A DNA stretch of 63,813 nt from an uncultured bacterium. Lineage in GTDB: Bacteria; Patescibacteriota; CPR2; UBA1875; CAIMLA01. This document shows positions 62,620 to 63,813 of the stretch, piece after piece. Within the stretch, counting starts at the first letter, position 1. Every line of letters begins with the position of its first letter. A program made the position numbers and the translations under genes. The stretch lies in the NCBI GenBank assembly GCA_903842085.1, contig CAIMLA010000004.1, forward strand, positions 1 through 63,813, read 5' to 3'. The notes under the pieces were generated by a model that saw only the letters and a program-made list of their open reading frames with translations, was not told where the DNA came from and ran no database searches.

Positions 62620-63813
62620 TTATGCATAATAATATAAATGGGGGATAAAATGAAATCCTAGCGCCCCAGTTGCTGCGCCTGCGACAATCCCCTGAATAAG
62701 GGTACGTTTCCTTTTTTTATCAACTAATTCAGTCGTCCGGTCATTTATTTCACGGATATTTTTACTTATATTCCTTCTCTGAATTTCAACCAATGATATG
62801 CCTCCCTGCCCTTCGGCGGCATAATGCTGACTCATCTGGATCCGAAACTCTCTCTCCTCGGCGCTATTCAATTCTCTTGTTAGTCTTTCAAAGAGAGCGT
62901 TATCCTGTTCGTCTTTGGCGATTTCCCGTCCTAGTTGCCTCGATCTTTCGCGCAGATTCGCCATTAGGTCTAAAATAGCATTGGTATCTATCCCTTCGTT
63001 CATATCTAGCCCTCGATTTTCGCCACCTGGATCATGGTAACCAAATCCGCCTAATTCATCAAAGCCGCCTTCTGGATCTTGATGAGTCGGCCTAATTTGA
63101 GTGTCATCTATATATCTTGCCTTGGGTGGGTTCGAAGGAACCCATCTTTCAATAATGCGATAGACACTTGCTCCCACCACGGCCCCACCTACGGCCCAAC
63201 CGACAGAAGGTACGGAAACGGCAATTGTTGTCCCGATAGCCAAAGACCAATATGGGTGTTTAGCAATCATTTTATTTAATTTTGTGTAAATGGGCCAGTT
63301 TTGCTCTGGACTTTTATTACTATATTTAATCTCATATTCATTTTGAAGTCTAAGCTCATCGGCCTTTCTCTTGTCATTGATAAAGACTGCTAACTTTACT
63401 TTTTCATCATTGGTAAGATCCCGACCTTCTTTTCTTTCTCTCTCGGCAATTTCATTCTCTAACGAGATGGCATTATATTGAGCTAACACTTCTTCATATC
63501 GATCTTTTAATTCATCAAAGCTTTTTTCTCTCTGTGCTCTTGCTCCTCTACCAAGATAATGCCGCCACCGGACTCGCTCACCCTTGCGGACCTCAACATC
63601 TTTTCTTAGGTCACTCAATTTTGTCCACAAGACCGCCTGTCGTTCGTTAAGATCAAGCTGCTCACCCGGTGGTACTTGTGGCTCAGGTGGAATATACTCA
63701 TCCGCAGCATCAACAATTGGCGCTGGCGGAAGCTCTCCTCCGTCATCGGGAGCAGGCTCGGCTGGCGGAAGTTCATCGCCTTCGGCTCCATCCACTATCG
63801 GAAGGTCTTCATC
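62620..63813 (-). CDS. hypothetical membrane protein with Pro/acidic N-terminus and coiled-coil segments (5' end may lie beyond the window)
   Basis: The frame stays open to the window edge, and the track start is an internal GTG. It has TM helices (WSLAIGTTIAVSVPSVGWAVGGAVVGASV and the C-terminal LIQGIVAGAATGALGF). Confidence 0.6.
   Translation of the reverse strand, partial: DEDLPIVDGAEGDELPPAEPAPDDGGELPPAPIVDAADEYIPPEPQVPPGEQLDLNERQAVLWTKLSDLRKDVEVRKGERVRWRHYLGRGARAQREKSFDELKDRYEEVLAQYNAISLENEIAERERKEGRDLTNDEKVKLAVFINDKRKADELRLQNEYEIKYSNKSPEQNWPIYTKLNKMIAKHPYWSLAIGTTIAVSVPSVGWAVGGAVVGASVYRIIERWVPSNPPKARYIDDTQIRPTHQDPEGGFDELGGFGYHDPGGENRGLDMNEGIDTNAILDLMANLRERSRQLGREIAKDEQDNALFERLTRELNSAEEREFRIQMSQHYAAEGQGGISLVEIQRRNISKNIREINDRTTELVDKKRKRTLIQGIVAGAATGALGFHFIPHLYYYA

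Noticed and set aside
1-63813. Scan for CRISPR arrays, IS elements or transposases, integrases, reverse transcriptase/DGR or retron elements, and rRNA.
   Set aside because: I found no regularly spaced direct repeats. No ORF carries DDE, tyrosine or serine recombinase, or YxDD motifs. The only repeats seen are those listed as features.
1-63813. An alternative genetic code with UGA recoded (code 4 or 25), which occurs in some small-genome lineages.
   Set aside because: Long conserved ORFs are intact under code 11. Many genes end at TGA, including the ATGA and GTGA coupled overlaps, so UGA acts as a stop here.

Overview
63.8-kb bacterial window, densely coding under the standard genetic code. 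Most core genes sit on the minus strand. By eye (not computed) the composition is mosaic. More G+C-rich housekeeping blocks carry nearly all of lower glycolysis: gap-pgk-tpiA-fba, eno, gpmI, ppsA and a PfkB kinase. They also carry a partial ADP-forming acetyl-CoA synthetase, lysS, a membrane-anchored Clp/Hsp100 ATPase and two ABC-F ATPases. These blocks alternate with AT-rich accessory blocks. The many zinc-ribbon/Pro-rich membrane proteins, a pilin-like domain, sortase plus LPXTG substrate and many lineage-specific small ORFs fit a small-genome bacterium with a Gram-positive-type envelope, for example Patescibacteria/CPR. That placement is inference only. One tRNA-Glu(UUC) lies at 26944-27018 and marks the start of an accessory region. 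That region holds an orphan AbiEi-like gene, a Fic remnant, a GLUG/LPETG surface protein with its sortase bracketed by direct repeats, a G+C-rich PAS-HD-GYP gene, a solitary Doc/Fic, HExxH proteins, a secreted thermonuclease and a DUF4143 ATPase. A complete AbiE (AbiEi/AbiEii) module sits at 8.6-10.0 kb next to a 581-aa orphan. The most unusual items are these four. (1) An ORF-free, G+C-rich locus at 61.7-62.15 kb folds into tetraloop hairpins and carries RNase P-like core motifs in the correct order but in a truncated layout. (2) A translationally coupled operon encodes a GNAT-like protein, a small TM protein, a ThiF-type E1-like enzyme, a SAM methyltransferase and an orphan 7TM-GAF histidine kinase (45.1-50.0 kb). 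(3) A G+C-rich block at 39.2-45.1 kb holds short orphan ORFs in tight modules, each with its own TATAAT box and strong terminator, and several share a sequence motif. (4) Two coupled sub-60-aa ORFs are missing from the ORF track. I found no CRISPR array, transposase, integrase, reverse transcriptase or rRNA. All family assignments come from motif recognition in the translations, not from database searches.
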